A stretch of 64,000 nt of DNA from the NCBI GenBank assembly GCA_048882325.1, contig JBHLRS010000008.1, positions 2,056 to 66,055 of the forward strand. The letters run 5' to 3'. Positions 50,561-61,173 of the stretch are shown in pieces (the first letter of the stretch is position 1; each line of letters opens with the position of its first letter). Both the position numbers and the translations under genes were made by a program. The notes under the pieces are model-generated. The model made no database searches. It saw nothing but the letters and a program-made list of their open reading frames with translations, and was not told where the DNA came from. The DNA comes from Candidatus Thorarchaeota archaeon. GTDB lineage: Archaea; Asgardarchaeota; Thorarchaeia; Thorarchaeales; Thorarchaeaceae.

Positions 50561-52003
50561 GTGACTGAAAAACTATCTCCTAAGGAAAGGATGGCAATCC
50601 CGCGAGCTAAAATGCCAGAGCAGAATCCAACTGCCCGTGCAGCAAACTTCGAAGAAGTACCGTTAGGACTGACTCCCGAAATGGCTATGCGAGAAGCTGT
50701 CAGATGTCTGGACTGTAGAAAAAAGCCCTGTGTGGGTGGCTGTCCTGTGGGTGTACAGATTCCGGAGTTTCTCGATTTGGTGGTGGAAGGAAAATTCGTT
50801 GAAGCTGCACGGTTGATCAAAGAAACCAATGTTCTTCCCGCTGTCACTGGTCGTGTCTGTCCTCAAGAAACTCAATGCGAAGGATCTTGTACATTGTTCA
50901 AGCGATACGGCGGTGTGTCCATTGGTGCTCTTGAACGATTTGTGGCTGACTATGAGAGAAATAATGACCTGGTGGAAATTCCAGAAAACCCTGCACCCAC
51001 TGGTAAGAAAGTAGCAATAATTGGCTCAGGACCATCAGGACTCACGGTTGCAGGGGACCTTATCCGCCTTGGTCATGGAGTCACAGTCTTCGAGGCGCTC
51101 CATGAGGCCGGAGGGGTTCTTGTCTATGGGATCCCTGAGTTCAGACTTCCAAAAGAGATAGTCCGTGCTGAAGTCGACTACCTAGTCAAGCAGGGTGTCA
51201 AGTTCGAGATGAACATGGTCGCAGGAATGACGGTGTCGATGGAAGAGCTGCTTGAAACATATGATGCTGTATACATTGGTGTGGGAGCTGGTCTTCCATC
51301 TTTCATGAGAATAGAGGGAGAGGAGCTGAATGGTGTGTTCTCTGCAAACGAGTATCTGACAAGGTCAAACCTCATGAAGGGCTACCTCTTCCCAGAATAC
51401 GATTCGCCTCTGCCACCCGGCAAGCACACATGTGTTGTCGGAGGCGGTAATGTTGCGATGGATTCAGCCCGTACAGCAAGGCGACTTGGTGCTGAAGTGA
51501 CCATAGTCTATAGAAGGGCAAGAGAGCAACTACCAGCCCGTGGAGAAGAGGTACATCATGCTGAAGAAGAAGGCATTGACTTCCAGCTGTTGACCAATCC
51601 TGTGAGAATATTCGGTGAGGAAGGAAAGGTGACTGGAATGGAGTGCATTAGAATGGAGCTTGGTGAACCTGATGACAGTGGACGTAGACGACCATTGCCA
51701 ATCGACGGTTCGAACTTTGAGATCGCGTGTGACCAAGTGATTATCTCAATTGGAGCTGGAGCTAACCCATTACTGATTAACACAATGCCTGATCTTGAAC
51801 TCAATCGATGGGGCTACATCGTTGTTGATAAGAACAACAGAACAAGTGTTGACAGGGTCTGGGCAGGCGGCGATATCGTAACAGGATCAGCAACAGTCAT
51901 AGAAGCCATGGGAGCAGGCAGGATCGCCGCGAGATCAATTCAAGCTTACCTGACTGGGCAACCTCAACCAGGAACTGAAGAGCAAGAAGAAACGTCTGAA
52001 TAA
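50561..52003 (+). CDS. NfnB/SudA (GltD-like) transhydrogenase large subunit
   Basis: NFEEV, RCLDC..PC..GCP, GRVCPQE.QC, GSGPSG, YGIPEFRLPK, GGGNVAMD, YRR. Confidence 0.92.
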   Translation: MTEKLSPKERMAIPRAKMPEQNPTARAANFEEVPLGLTPEMAMREAVRCLDCRKKPCVGGCPVGVQIPEFLDLVVEGKFVEAARLIKETNVLPAVTGRVCPQETQCEGSCTLFKRYGGVSIGALERFVADYERNNDLVEIPENPAPTGKKVAIIGSGPSGLTVAGDLIRLGHGVTVFEALHEAGGVLVYGIPEFRLPKEIVRAEVDYLVKQGVKFEMNMVAGMTVSMEELLETYDAVYIGVGAGLPSFMRIEGEELNGVFSANEYLTRSNLMKGYLFPEYDSPLPPGKHTCVVGGGNVAMDSARTARRLGAEVTIVYRRAREQLPARGEEVHHAEEEGIDFQLLTNPVRIFGEEGKVTGMECIRMELGEPDDSGRRRPLPIDGSNFEIACDQVIISIGAGANPLLINTMPDLELNRWGYIVVDKNNRTSVDRVWAGGDIVTGSATVIEAMGAGRIAARSIQAYLTGQPQPGTEEQEETSE

Positions 52004-52009
52004 GCTAGA

Positions 52010-53746
52010 CTACTCTACGTAGACTTGTCGGACCTCCCTGATAACAAGACCAGGTAGGTCCTTTGCGGACTTTATAGGATACACGTTGGCTCCAACATCC
52101 TCAAGCGCTCTTTGTGTCTTCGTCTTCCGCTTTGAACTTCCTCCTATATGGAACAAGAACAGTTTGTGACCTCTATTGGTCAATAAACGGATGGACTCGA
52201 CAAACTTATCCCAATTTGCTATCTCCGCGTCGGTCATCATAAGAACCATGACTTTTGATTCCGCGTTCTCGCAAGCACTTTCTATCTTCTTGATTGGAGC
52301 GACCGTACCACCACCCTGATAGGCAAGTAGAATATGTTCAACCTCAAACTTAGATTTCGACCATTTACTTGACCGACTTCCACTTGAGAAGTTAATCGCA
52401 GCTACTCTAGAACCTCGTCGCAGAGCTACTTCCATAGCAGCAAAAGCAGCCACCAATGCAGTATGATATGGACCCCTCATCGTCTTGGATGTCATCCCCC
52501 ATGTCATCGACCCACTTGAATCAATCACTAATAGCATGTCAGGTAGTGACTTGGAATGCTCAAGTCCCTCTGAACTCATCTTCAGCCACTTGCGAGTTGA
52601 AAGATTGGGTATGAGAACCGGGAATGCTTGAAGTGATTGAACAATGTCCAACTCTTCGATGGGGTCGCCCATTCTCCAGACCAGTGGAGTGAGAGGAGCC
52701 AAGCCTGCGAACGTTCGCGCCTGCACCTCAATCCGAAGCATATCTTTTGCCTTTGCGCGATACCAGAAGCGTATCCATGATTCTCGAGGATCACCATATC
52801 CTGCGGTGAGATACACTCCCTCTAGATCTTGGAGATCTCCACCACGTTGCTCGACCTCAGCGGCCAATTCCTCCATTTCAGCTTCTAGATCAGAATGCGA
52901 GTCTTTCTTTAGACATCTTCGGGCCATGTCACCGTTTCTAACCTCAATTGGACTACCTATGACCGTATCGACATCTAGAGGAACCATAATCGTGGTTACC
53001 TCGCCACCAGCTTCACTCCCAGCTTCCTTTCCTTTTGTCTGTCTGCCAATTCCAGGTAACTGTTCATCTTCATCTTGGGGAAACCAATCTGCTATTATCT
53101 CAGCGATCTTCTCACAGGCCCTAGGCCATCGTTTCTCAACATCAATGGATTTCCGTGCCACGTCAGCTATAGAAGCCGCAGCTTCAGATGTTCGTTGGTC
53201 TATTTTCACTCTTGCTGGAAGGGGAAATCCCCACATCGCCCGATATATAGCAACAATAAGGTTCCAAAGCGGGCTATGGTTACGAACTCTCATCGCTGAG
53301 TCATGGATGGAATCATTGATTCTGCTATGTGTTAGTGTAGGATATCGTTTCAAGAGCTTCGAGTCGACCACCAAATCAGCGTAAAGATTGCATACAAACA
53401 TTGCCGTTGCATCATTCACCTTCTTTCGTGCTGCAGCAAACATCATCCCATTTGTGACCCCATCATAAGGACAAAGAAGATAGTGCTGAATCTCATGATG
53501 ACATACTGAGCGAAGATATGGCTCAGCCTCATTCGCATCCATGTGCAGTGGTACACCCGCAGTGTTGAGGTGGACCGTCCAGTTGCTGGAATCAATGTAG
53601 AAAAAGCTCGCTGCCTCAGCAACATTCTCTATCTCCGGCTCTGGAAGCGGAGGGTGATAAAAATCGATGAGCGCCTGACCCCATGCGCGCAGAGCAACCT
53701 CGATGAGGCTCTGTCCATGGGATGTTCCAGAAGTCGCTCGTGACAC
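52010..53746 (-). CDS. vWA-domain protein with N-terminal HExxH putative metallopeptidase domain
   Basis: HHEIQH...N..AD; MIDAS DSSGSM, GGT, MTDAE. Confidence 0.85.
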   Translation of the reverse strand: MSRATSGTSHGQSLIEVALRAWGQALIDFYHPPLPEPEIENVAEAASFFYIDSSNWTVHLNTAGVPLHMDANEAEPYLRSVCHHEIQHYLLCPYDGVTNGMMFAAARKKVNDATAMFVCNLYADLVVDSKLLKRYPTLTHSRINDSIHDSAMRVRNHSPLWNLIVAIYRAMWGFPLPARVKIDQRTSEAAASIADVARKSIDVEKRWPRACEKIAEIIADWFPQDEDEQLPGIGRQTKGKEAGSEAGGEVTTIMVPLDVDTVIGSPIEVRNGDMARRCLKKDSHSDLEAEMEELAAEVEQRGGDLQDLEGVYLTAGYGDPRESWIRFWYRAKAKDMLRIEVQARTFAGLAPLTPLVWRMGDPIEELDIVQSLQAFPVLIPNLSTRKWLKMSSEGLEHSKSLPDMLLVIDSSGSMTWGMTSKTMRGPYHTALVAAFAAMEVALRRGSRVAAINFSSGSRSSKWSKSKFEVEHILLAYQGGGTVAPIKKIESACENAESKVMVLMMTDAEIANWDKFVESIRLLTNRGHKLFLFHIGGSSKRKTKTQRALEDVGANVYPIKSAKDLPGLVIREVRQVYVE

Positions 53747-53752
53747 AGCATA

Positions 53753-55471
53753 TCAGTCTCCTATATGTTGTTCAATTTCTTTCTTCAAGTTGAGTGCATC
53801 AGTACCTCCAGATATCTCTAAGAATACAGAGGAGTCAGGGGAGTCACCTGTTGTATAAATGACCACCGTGAGACCGTCAGTTCTCACAATCTTTCTTTTC
53901 GGAGGTGACAGGGTTTCCTTCAGGATGCTTGTCAACTTAGGATACTGGAGACTAATCACAGTCCAAAGGTCTTGCCACTGCTCAAAGGTAATAGAAAATT
54001 GTGTCAGTGTTAGTCTATGCAGAGCATCTGAAACTTGCTTCAACAGCATACTCCTATTTGGAAATTCTGTGTTCACCAACAGTTCATCATAAATATCTGT
54101 GAGCTGTTCGACATTTCTATCCTTGATGCCTTTCTCGATGTTCTTCACAGTCTTTGTGTAGCCTGATTTTCTCAGTTCCTTAGCAAAGGATGTGTAATCA
54201 AGACGAACCAACAAATCACTCTTAGCCATCTCCTTGAGTTCATCCATTCCATCCTTTGACTCCTGGCCTAACTTCAACTTCTCTAGAATGGCTATTGCAG
54301 GAGTGCGTTGGGCGAATCTGGATGAGGCCAGCTCAACAAGATGTTTCGTATAGGCATAGATATCACCAAAAAATGGCGAACGTTCAAGCTCATCACGGGT
54401 CAGTCTAGTTCGGTGCCAGAAAACAAGCGGTGCTAAGGACTTGACAATCTCAACACTAACCTCCTGAGCACCCACTAGCCATGCAGCAGCTTTGGAGTAT
54501 CTATTGAGGTCCTTCGCAGCTCGGACGCTCAGGGGAATTATCACCTTGTTACATACACTCTTGCCCGTATTGAAATGACAGCCATCGCACAGACCAGTTT
54601 CTACTGTCAGACCGGAAGACTGGCTCTTATCGGCACGGATACACGCTCCAAACTCTCGAACCAATGATCGCATGAACTCTGATGCCTCTGTTGAAACATG
54701 AACCTTGTCCGCCAAATTCCAGATTGTCAATAAGTTCTCTTCTGTGAGCATTGCAGGAACCTGCCAGAGCTCGTCAAAACCAAAGAGTCGTTCATCGCGA
54801 GCTGCAAGAATAAGTTCCAAGTCATTTACAGTAGGCATTGTGATAGGTACAGCAAGTCCAAACCGGTCAAGGAATGGAGGTCCCATATCAAAGGTGCCTG
54901 CATCAGCAGGGTTCAGTGTTGCATAGAGACAGTATTCCTCACACCTTTTAATCTCATCGTAGTACTTTACCTCTCCCTCAGCCAATAATGAGAGCAGGAT
55001 GTTTTGAGCATGCGGAGTGAGTCGGTTAACCTCGTCAATTATCTTCCAGAAGTCGGTGACGAAACGACGCCAGACAACAACCTCAATCCCATCTTTCATG
55101 AGTGGACCAGGTTTTAATGTTGCCACCATTTTCTCTTCTGTAAGTTGCGGATGTCCTCGTAGAATGCCGTCCTCGATATCATCAAGTTTCTTTCCTGTCA
55201 TCATTCTTCCTAACAACTTCACAAGTGTAGTTTTCCCACCACCATGACCCCCTACTAAGAGCATAGCTGATCTCGGAACAAGAGCATTCAACACGCATGA
55301 ACCTACAATCAAAGGGAATCTAGTTGTTTTGATGGACCTCTTCTTTGAGCTTGGATCGTTATACTTGACCTCAAGATCTGACGAGTGGACAAAGAGACCC
55401 CTACTTTCAACCGTGGACATCACACTCAATACTAGCTCTCGAAGCTTCTCACTCTGACTCATAAGAACCAC
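53753..55471 (-). CDS. MoxR-type AAA+ ATPase
   Basis: GGHGGGKT, IIDEVNRL, QNILL, ATLNP, FLDRF. Confidence 0.88.
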   Translation of the reverse strand: MVLMSQSEKLRELVLSVMSTVESRGLFVHSSDLEVKYNDPSSKKRSIKTTRFPLIVGSCVLNALVPRSAMLLVGGHGGGKTTLVKLLGRMMTGKKLDDIEDGILRGHPQLTEEKMVATLKPGPLMKDGIEVVVWRRFVTDFWKIIDEVNRLTPHAQNILLSLLAEGEVKYYDEIKRCEEYCLYATLNPADAGTFDMGPPFLDRFGLAVPITMPTVNDLELILAARDERLFGFDELWQVPAMLTEENLLTIWNLADKVHVSTEASEFMRSLVREFGACIRADKSQSSGLTVETGLCDGCHFNTGKSVCNKVIIPLSVRAAKDLNRYSKAAAWLVGAQEVSVEIVKSLAPLVFWHRTRLTRDELERSPFFGDIYAYTKHLVELASSRFAQRTPAIAILEKLKLGQESKDGMDELKEMAKSDLLVRLDYTSFAKELRKSGYTKTVKNIEKGIKDRNVEQLTDIYDELLVNTEFPNRSMLLKQVSDALHRLTLTQFSITFEQWQDLWTVISLQYPKLTSILKETLSPPKRKIVRTDGLTVVIYTTGDSPDSSVFLEISGGTDALNLKKEIEQHIGD

Positions 55472-55640
55472 CTACCACGATGTATTGTCAGTCTTAACCG
55501 TTATGAACTTAGCACAGAACGGCGCGAATGTGCGGAAAAGTTGCGAAGAAAGCGTGTAGCAAGGTACAAAAGGAAGACAATAGGCCTATTGGAGCCTCGT
55601 GAAGTGGACATTTGAGGCAAAATAGTTAGGATGGATTTTC

Positions 55641-56627
55641 GTGCAACCACTGATTTTTGAGTTCTCTACAATTGTCTTAATCGCAGTTGGAGTGGGAACT
55701 CTCTCAGCTATGACAGGCATCAGTGGTGGAGCTTTTAAAACACCAATCCTTATCATTTTCTTCTCGGTCACTGCTGAAATTGCAGCTGCGGCATCTTTGT
55801 TGTCTGCTCTGTTCGTATCAATTGTTACAGCACCGGGATATTATCGACAGAATCCTGAACTTATCGAGTTACGAATTGGTTCTCTAGCAGTAATAGCTAC
55901 AATTCCAGGAAGTTATCTGGGTGTTGCATTGCGAACCATCGCGGCTCACGCAAACCTCTTGCATCTGGTCTTTGGGATTATTCTATTTCCGGTTGCTGTG
56001 AAGCTTTTGTTTGCTATGCCAGAAGACAAGGAACATGCTAACGGAAGGAAGAAGTTACGATCTTTTTCTGAACTAAGTCCTGTGCGTCGCGTCGTTTCAA
56101 TCCTAGCTATTTTCCTAGCTGGAGTTTCAGCCGGATTGCTTGGGTTAGGTGGGGGAATTATTATCGTTCCGGTATTTTGCATCATCCTCGAATTCCCAAT
56201 ACTCAAGGCTGCAGCAACATCATTGTATATTATGATTTTTACAACAACTGCAGGTTCGATTATCAATTACTATGTACTGGCCCCAACTGACGGGCTCAGT
56301 ACATTCTTGTATTACGGACTTGCAATGGGACTGGGGATGGTTATTGGAGGTCTTATTGGTACAAAGTATGCTTCTAGGTTAGATGCTGCATGGCTACAAA
56401 GACTCTTTGGATTTCTGCTAATTTTCCCTCTAGTCAAAATGATGCGACTGGGACATATGTGGTTAGATCCCGGTGGTTCAGATTACATTCTTGCTACAAT
56501 TGGAGATGCAATAATCTGGCTATTGCTTGCCATTCCACTCTGGTTATTATCAGACCTTCAGAGAATGTATATTCGAAGGAAGGCTAAAGCCAAAGCAAAT
56601 AGTGATATGACAAGCCCATGTGCATAA
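55641..56627 (+). CDS. TauE/SafE-family sulfite exporter-like membrane protein
   Basis: Duplicated G.SGG/GLGGG..VP motifs, AAATSL, multiple TM segments. Confidence 0.85.
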   Translation: MQPLIFEFSTIVLIAVGVGTLSAMTGISGGAFKTPILIIFFSVTAEIAAAASLLSALFVSIVTAPGYYRQNPELIELRIGSLAVIATIPGSYLGVALRTIAAHANLLHLVFGIILFPVAVKLLFAMPEDKEHANGRKKLRSFSELSPVRRVVSILAIFLAGVSAGLLGLGGGIIIVPVFCIILEFPILKAAATSLYIMIFTTTAGSIINYYVLAPTDGLSTFLYYGLAMGLGMVIGGLIGTKYASRLDAAWLQRLFGFLLIFPLVKMMRLGHMWLDPGGSDYILATIGDAIIWLLLAIPLWLLSDLQRMYIRRKAKAKANSDMTSPCA

Positions 56628-56651
56628 TACCGAACGGCGCGGAATTATACC

Positions 56652-57791
56652 TTGTCCGAAGACGTAATATGCCTTCAGACGAACGACCGAAAAGCCAGCA
56701 GTCAGTGGGGAAGAAAGTTGGGTGATAATAAGGAATTCATAGAAACAGTAACCCTCACCACTCCGGAACAGGTTCCAACAGAGAGAGTAAGCCAGTACTC
56801 TGTGGTGACTTTTGCAACTGAATTTCTTCAACGTCTCAGAAGATATGATGTCCTGAAAGTGCAGATGAATGAACGCGGGTTAGAATTTGGAGGAAGAGTT
56901 TTACTGATAGGACCTTCGGGTACTGACTTTGGAGCCTTTCCACACTTTCTTGCGCGGGAGGTACCAGTCAAAATCATCCGTTTCAAAATGGAGGGTTTTT
57001 TTGACGAGAACAAAAGGAGTAATGCTGCACTAAGAGAAGGGTTTGAGTTCGCAAGACGAAACTCACCCGCTTTGCTCTATATAGAGAAACTCGAGGCACT
57101 TGCACCAAGAGATTCAGTGCAGTCAATTGTGTTTCAAGATGAACTCAAGACCACAGGATGGAGTGGGGAAGAAGTGGTGGTGGTCACTGCTACAACACGA
57201 CCTGAAAAGGTTGACAGGGAACTCCTTGCACTGTATGATAGAACCTACATTGTAGAAGGTACAACCATAGACGACCGGATTAGGATTCTTGAACAAGTCC
57301 TGAAAGACCGTGATGACATTGATGTGACGACTATAGCAGAGCTTACTGAGGGATGGGGCTTTTCCGATATAACCCATCTCGCAACAAGTCTCTACATGCA
57401 AGAACCATCAGAGGGTGGTGAGATGCCGCGAGATATGATCGAGGAATTGATTGAACACAGTCGTGTAGGAGCTTTCGGTGATTCCAAGTTCCTTGATTCA
57501 GTCGTAAGAAAGACTAGGGGTACTAAGCAACCTGAAATTAGTAAGTTGAGTGAAGAATATCCGGATGACTTTCTTGATCAGCTGTACTTGATGGCGGTCG
57601 GGGATGATTATTCAGAAACTCAACGTGTGATTGAGGTCCTTAATGAAGGACTACCTCTATCAGCAAAAGACAGGGAGTTTCTTAGTAGGCATCCATTCCT
57701 CTTAACTGGAACCGCAGAGGACAGACTGACGAGGCTCCTTAGAGCAAAGAAAAGCAGCGATAGACTTCATAGGATAATGGGAAGACAGTAG
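56652..57791 (+). CDS. Degenerate classical-clade AAA+ protein (pseudo-ATPase)
   Basis: VLLIGPSGTDF (Walker A without GKT), ARRNSPALLYIEKLE (Walker B without DE), TATTRPEKVD, IAELTEGWGFSDI lid; alternative start TTG 56718. Confidence 0.75.
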   Translation: MSEDVICLQTNDRKASSQWGRKLGDNKEFIETVTLTTPEQVPTERVSQYSVVTFATEFLQRLRRYDVLKVQMNERGLEFGGRVLLIGPSGTDFGAFPHFLAREVPVKIIRFKMEGFFDENKRSNAALREGFEFARRNSPALLYIEKLEALAPRDSVQSIVFQDELKTTGWSGEEVVVVTATTRPEKVDRELLALYDRTYIVEGTTIDDRIRILEQVLKDRDDIDVTTIAELTEGWGFSDITHLATSLYMQEPSEGGEMPRDMIEELIEHSRVGAFGDSKFLDSVVRKTRGTKQPEISKLSEEYPDDFLDQLYLMAVGDDYSETQRVIEVLNEGLPLSAKDREFLSRHPFLLTGTAEDRLTRLLRAKKSSDRLHRIMGRQ

Positions 57792-60700
57792 ATGAGTGAA
57801 ACGAAGGTAAATATCGAATCAGTGAGGTTGGGAAATTTCCTGTCCTTCTACGAAGGAACCGTTGAGTTTGACAAAGGGCTCACTGTATTAGCTGGTCCTA
57901 ACGGATCCGGAAAAACCTCAATCTTCCATGCAATGAAATTTGCCCTTGGATCAAACCAGAGAGAGAATCGATACAGCAAATGGAGTGACTTTATCAGACA
58001 TGGAGCGAGCACAGCCGAAGTGGAAATAAGAGTCAGGGTGAACGGTCAGAGTCGCAAATTCCTTAGACGAATTGATAGAGATGGCATCCCACGAGCATAT
58101 ACAGATGGACGCCGTGTCAAGGCTGCAGAACACAAGCAGATGATTAGTGCACTTGGTCTTGAAACTGACAATCCTTTGGTCTTTATGCCTCAAGAAAGAA
58201 TTAATGCTGTTCGAGATATGGACCCATTTGAGGTCAGACGCTTGGTGGAAGAGGGAACGGGCCTTGATATTCTCAGAGATAGAATTGGATTACAAGAAAC
58301 TGAGGTGACCCAGAGTCGACTCAAACTGGAAGCAGCATTGACAGAGTCTAGAACAGTTGAACGAGAACTCGAACTTCTACAACACGATCTCTCTCGGTTA
58401 GAAAAGAAGAGAGCTTTACAAGAACAAGAAAGGGAGCTGGAACAGGAGCTAAAGTGGGCCAGCTTTGATGACCTATCAGAGAGAATTCGGCAGACAAAGG
58501 AGGAGATAGAAACAAAGGAGTCAGGACTTGTTGGCGTTCTTGAAGAGCAAACGACCATTGAAGGACAAATCTCAGAGCAGGAAGAAGTGAGTTCTGAGCT
58601 GGAAAGTAATCTCTCGGGCTTACAGACAGAGATTGGTAGAATTGATGCGAAAATAGAGGAAGAAGAGAAGAATCTCGCGAAACTCAAAGGTGACTCCAGA
58701 CAGCAAGTGGCTGAGCTAAAGCAACTTGAAACTAGTATCAAGTCTGAAAAGAGTAAAGAGGAGAAACTCAAAGAAGATCTGGAACGTGTTTCAGCAGCTA
58801 GGGAGCAGTATATGGACCAGCAGAAGATGCTCCGCGAGGAAATAGCAGAGCTAGAGGACGAGCGAGCGAGAATACGTGATGAACTCGCTGCATTCGCAGA
58901 GTGGAACACAAAAAGAGCAGAGGCACATGGGCACTATAAGGCACTTCAAGTAGAGATTGAGGGCAAAGACCTACTGACGAGAAGCCTTCGTGAAAGACTC
59001 CAGGTTGAGGAGGCTGAACTTCAAGCAATAGAAAGCAAGTGGTCACACGTATGGGATAAGATAGAGGCTACAGATGCCAAAGAGTTGGAGCGAAAGAAAT
59101 CACAACTGGAAAGAGAAATCGCATCTCTCAATGAAGAACGATTCAGAAAGACGAGTCTTGTTGCACAACTACAGAAAGACATTGATGATATTAAGGTCAG
59201 ACTGTCTGAAACTTCAAAGCGCATCCCAGAGTCTGTGAGAAGTCTTAAGGAAGCAGTTTCCGAACACAATCTAGAAACTGTTAGGGGTCCACTGATTAGT
59301 CTCTTCACAGCAAATGATGATATTTCAGCGGCCGTGGAAGGAGTCCTCTCAGGTAATCTTCCACTCGCCTTTGTCACCACAGAGTACTCTGACTACCAGC
59401 TTCTCCTCAAACTTCGCAACAAAGAAGAAGCTCCCGCGCCAGTAATCCTACTGAGAGAAGAGGTGAGCAAAGAGAGACCGGATATACCTCAAGGGGCAGG
59501 TGTTGAGGACTGGTTGTGGGACAGACTCAACGCAGACCCTGATGTTCAGAAGCTTCTAGCAAGGGTGTTTGGAGATTTCATACTAGTCAAGAATTCTCAG
59601 ACAGCATCAAGACTTGCGACAAAACATAATCTTAGAGTTGTTACTCTCGATGGAGCAGTCACAATTCCAGATGATACCCAGGTTGTCAGTCACCCTAAAA
59701 GTGAGCCATCAGGAATGGTTTCAACCGCACCACTTCAAACCAGATTGGCAAAGATGGAGAAGGATCTTACGTTTGAACGAAAGAAAGTCACTGAGATAAT
59801 GACGAAACTTGAAACTCTTTCAAATGAACGTGAGGAAACAATGGACCTGATTAGTCAGATGACACGGTGGGGGTCAACATGGGAGCGACGTCGAAAGCTC
59901 AACGAGAGTATTCCGGAGCTTGAGGAACGAATTGTTTCCATCGATGATGAGCTGAAGACTCTGCAACGCGACTATGGCAAAGCGGAAAGAAACCTAAGAA
60001 AACTCGACAGCACACAACCTCCTGAACGGAGTAGATTGGTGGGACAAGAGGCTGCTATCAGGACAAAACACAGACGTCTTCAGAGTGACCTCAATAAAGT
60101 TGACACAAAGGCCCATGCATCGGAAAAGGACGAGGAACTCAAGCGACAAGAATTGAGGAGAGTCAAAGAGAATATCACTGTCCTGTCAGACAGCCTGACG
60201 GATCTACGTCAGGAGATTAAGGATTCAAAGGATGCAACATCATCAATCCTAGAAAGAATCGAGGTGATGCGTGAGGGTAGAGAAGAAACACACAATAGAC
60301 AGATTCAGATTAAGGAAGAGCTGACCCAGATACGATCAACAACTCGAACATTGAGTGAGCGATTAGTCGAACTGAATCTTCTCATTAAGAACCGTAGACT
60401 CGAAGTACTACAATCGAAAAGGCAACTTTCAAACCTAGAATATGACCTTGAATTGATAGAGCAAGAGCTTCAGGGTAAAAATCGACCAGAGAGTGTTCGA
60501 GCTATTGATCTCGTCAGGAGTGAACTCGTAAAGCTTAGACATATCTTGGATGACTATCAGGATGTTTCTGAAACAGTGGCTCACACAGAGAACCAATTGA
60601 AGGACAGACTAAAGGAACTTGTCGAGCGTGTTGCAGAGCTGGGTGAGGAACTAGATGAGGCTGAGTCTGCTGTACGTAACATCAAGGAGCAGTACCACAA

Positions 60701-61160
60701 TGGAATGAATGAAACACTTCGGAAAGTAGAGAAGGGAGTGAATGAGGTTTTAGGACGAGTCCAGTTTCCAGGGAGTGTTAGATTCGAACTCGCACTGAGA
60801 GATGGCAGGTATGGGGTTGAGTTCAAGTCGAGAATCAAGACTGAGGGTTTTGGTTCAATCAGTGCAGGTTCAGGCGGCGAAAGGTCTCTCATCGCAATCG
60901 GATTAATTTTAGCTCTCCAGGGTTTTAATCCTGCACCAGTGTACGTAATGGATGAGGTTGATACATTTCTAGATGCAACAAACACCGAGCTGGTCAGTCG
61001 ATTATTTCATGATGCGTCACGTCGCAGTCAATTTATCATTCTCACACCTGCAAAGAGTACCCACTTGTTGAAACATGCTGACAAAATCCTTGGGGTTGTT
61101 TCACCTAATGGAGTGGATCCTTCTGTGATTATTGAGAGTCCTAAGTTCAAAGCGCAATAG
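57792..61160 (+). CDS. SMC-family ATPase with hinge, SMC5/6-/coalescin-like
   Basis: GPNGSGKT, DNPLVFMPQERI Q-loop, long coiled coils, central hinge (VRGPLISL...VVTLDG), SGGERS, VMDEVDTFLD. Confidence 0.92.
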   Translation: MSETKVNIESVRLGNFLSFYEGTVEFDKGLTVLAGPNGSGKTSIFHAMKFALGSNQRENRYSKWSDFIRHGASTAEVEIRVRVNGQSRKFLRRIDRDGIPRAYTDGRRVKAAEHKQMISALGLETDNPLVFMPQERINAVRDMDPFEVRRLVEEGTGLDILRDRIGLQETEVTQSRLKLEAALTESRTVERELELLQHDLSRLEKKRALQEQERELEQELKWASFDDLSERIRQTKEEIETKESGLVGVLEEQTTIEGQISEQEEVSSELESNLSGLQTEIGRIDAKIEEEEKNLAKLKGDSRQQVAELKQLETSIKSEKSKEEKLKEDLERVSAAREQYMDQQKMLREEIAELEDERARIRDELAAFAEWNTKRAEAHGHYKALQVEIEGKDLLTRSLRERLQVEEAELQAIESKWSHVWDKIEATDAKELERKKSQLEREIASLNEERFRKTSLVAQLQKDIDDIKVRLSETSKRIPESVRSLKEAVSEHNLETVRGPLISLFTANDDISAAVEGVLSGNLPLAFVTTEYSDYQLLLKLRNKEEAPAPVILLREEVSKERPDIPQGAGVEDWLWDRLNADPDVQKLLARVFGDFILVKNSQTASRLATKHNLRVVTLDGAVTIPDDTQVVSHPKSEPSGMVSTAPLQTRLAKMEKDLTFERKKVTEIMTKLETLSNEREETMDLISQMTRWGSTWERRRKLNESIPELEERIVSIDDELKTLQRDYGKAERNLRKLDSTQPPERSRLVGQEAAIRTKHRRLQSDLNKVDTKAHASEKDEELKRQELRRVKENITVLSDSLTDLRQEIKDSKDATSSILERIEVMREGREETHNRQIQIKEELTQIRSTTRTLSERLVELNLLIKNRRLEVLQSKRQLSNLEYDLELIEQELQGKNRPESVRAIDLVRSELVKLRHILDDYQDVSETVAHTENQLKDRLKELVERVAELGEELDEAESAVRNIKEQYHNGMNETLRKVEKGVNEVLGRVQFPGSVRFELALRDGRYGVEFKSRIKTEGFGSISAGSGGERSLIAIGLILALQGFNPAPVYVMDEVDTFLDATNTELVSRLFHDASRRSQFIILTPAKSTHLLKHADKILGVVSPNGVDPSVIIESPKFKAQ

Positions 61161-61173
61161 GAGGCGAGGAATC

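Noticed and set aside
50561-52003. Glutamate synthase small subunit
   Set aside because: Paired with an NfnA-like gene and no large subunit, so NfnB/SudA fits better
52644-53384. 246-aa plus-strand ORF, and many other 60-240 aa overlapping ORFs in the track (e.g. 58190-58909, 26299-26772)
   Set aside because: Antisense or alternate-frame shadows of well-supported genes; Ser-rich, no motifs
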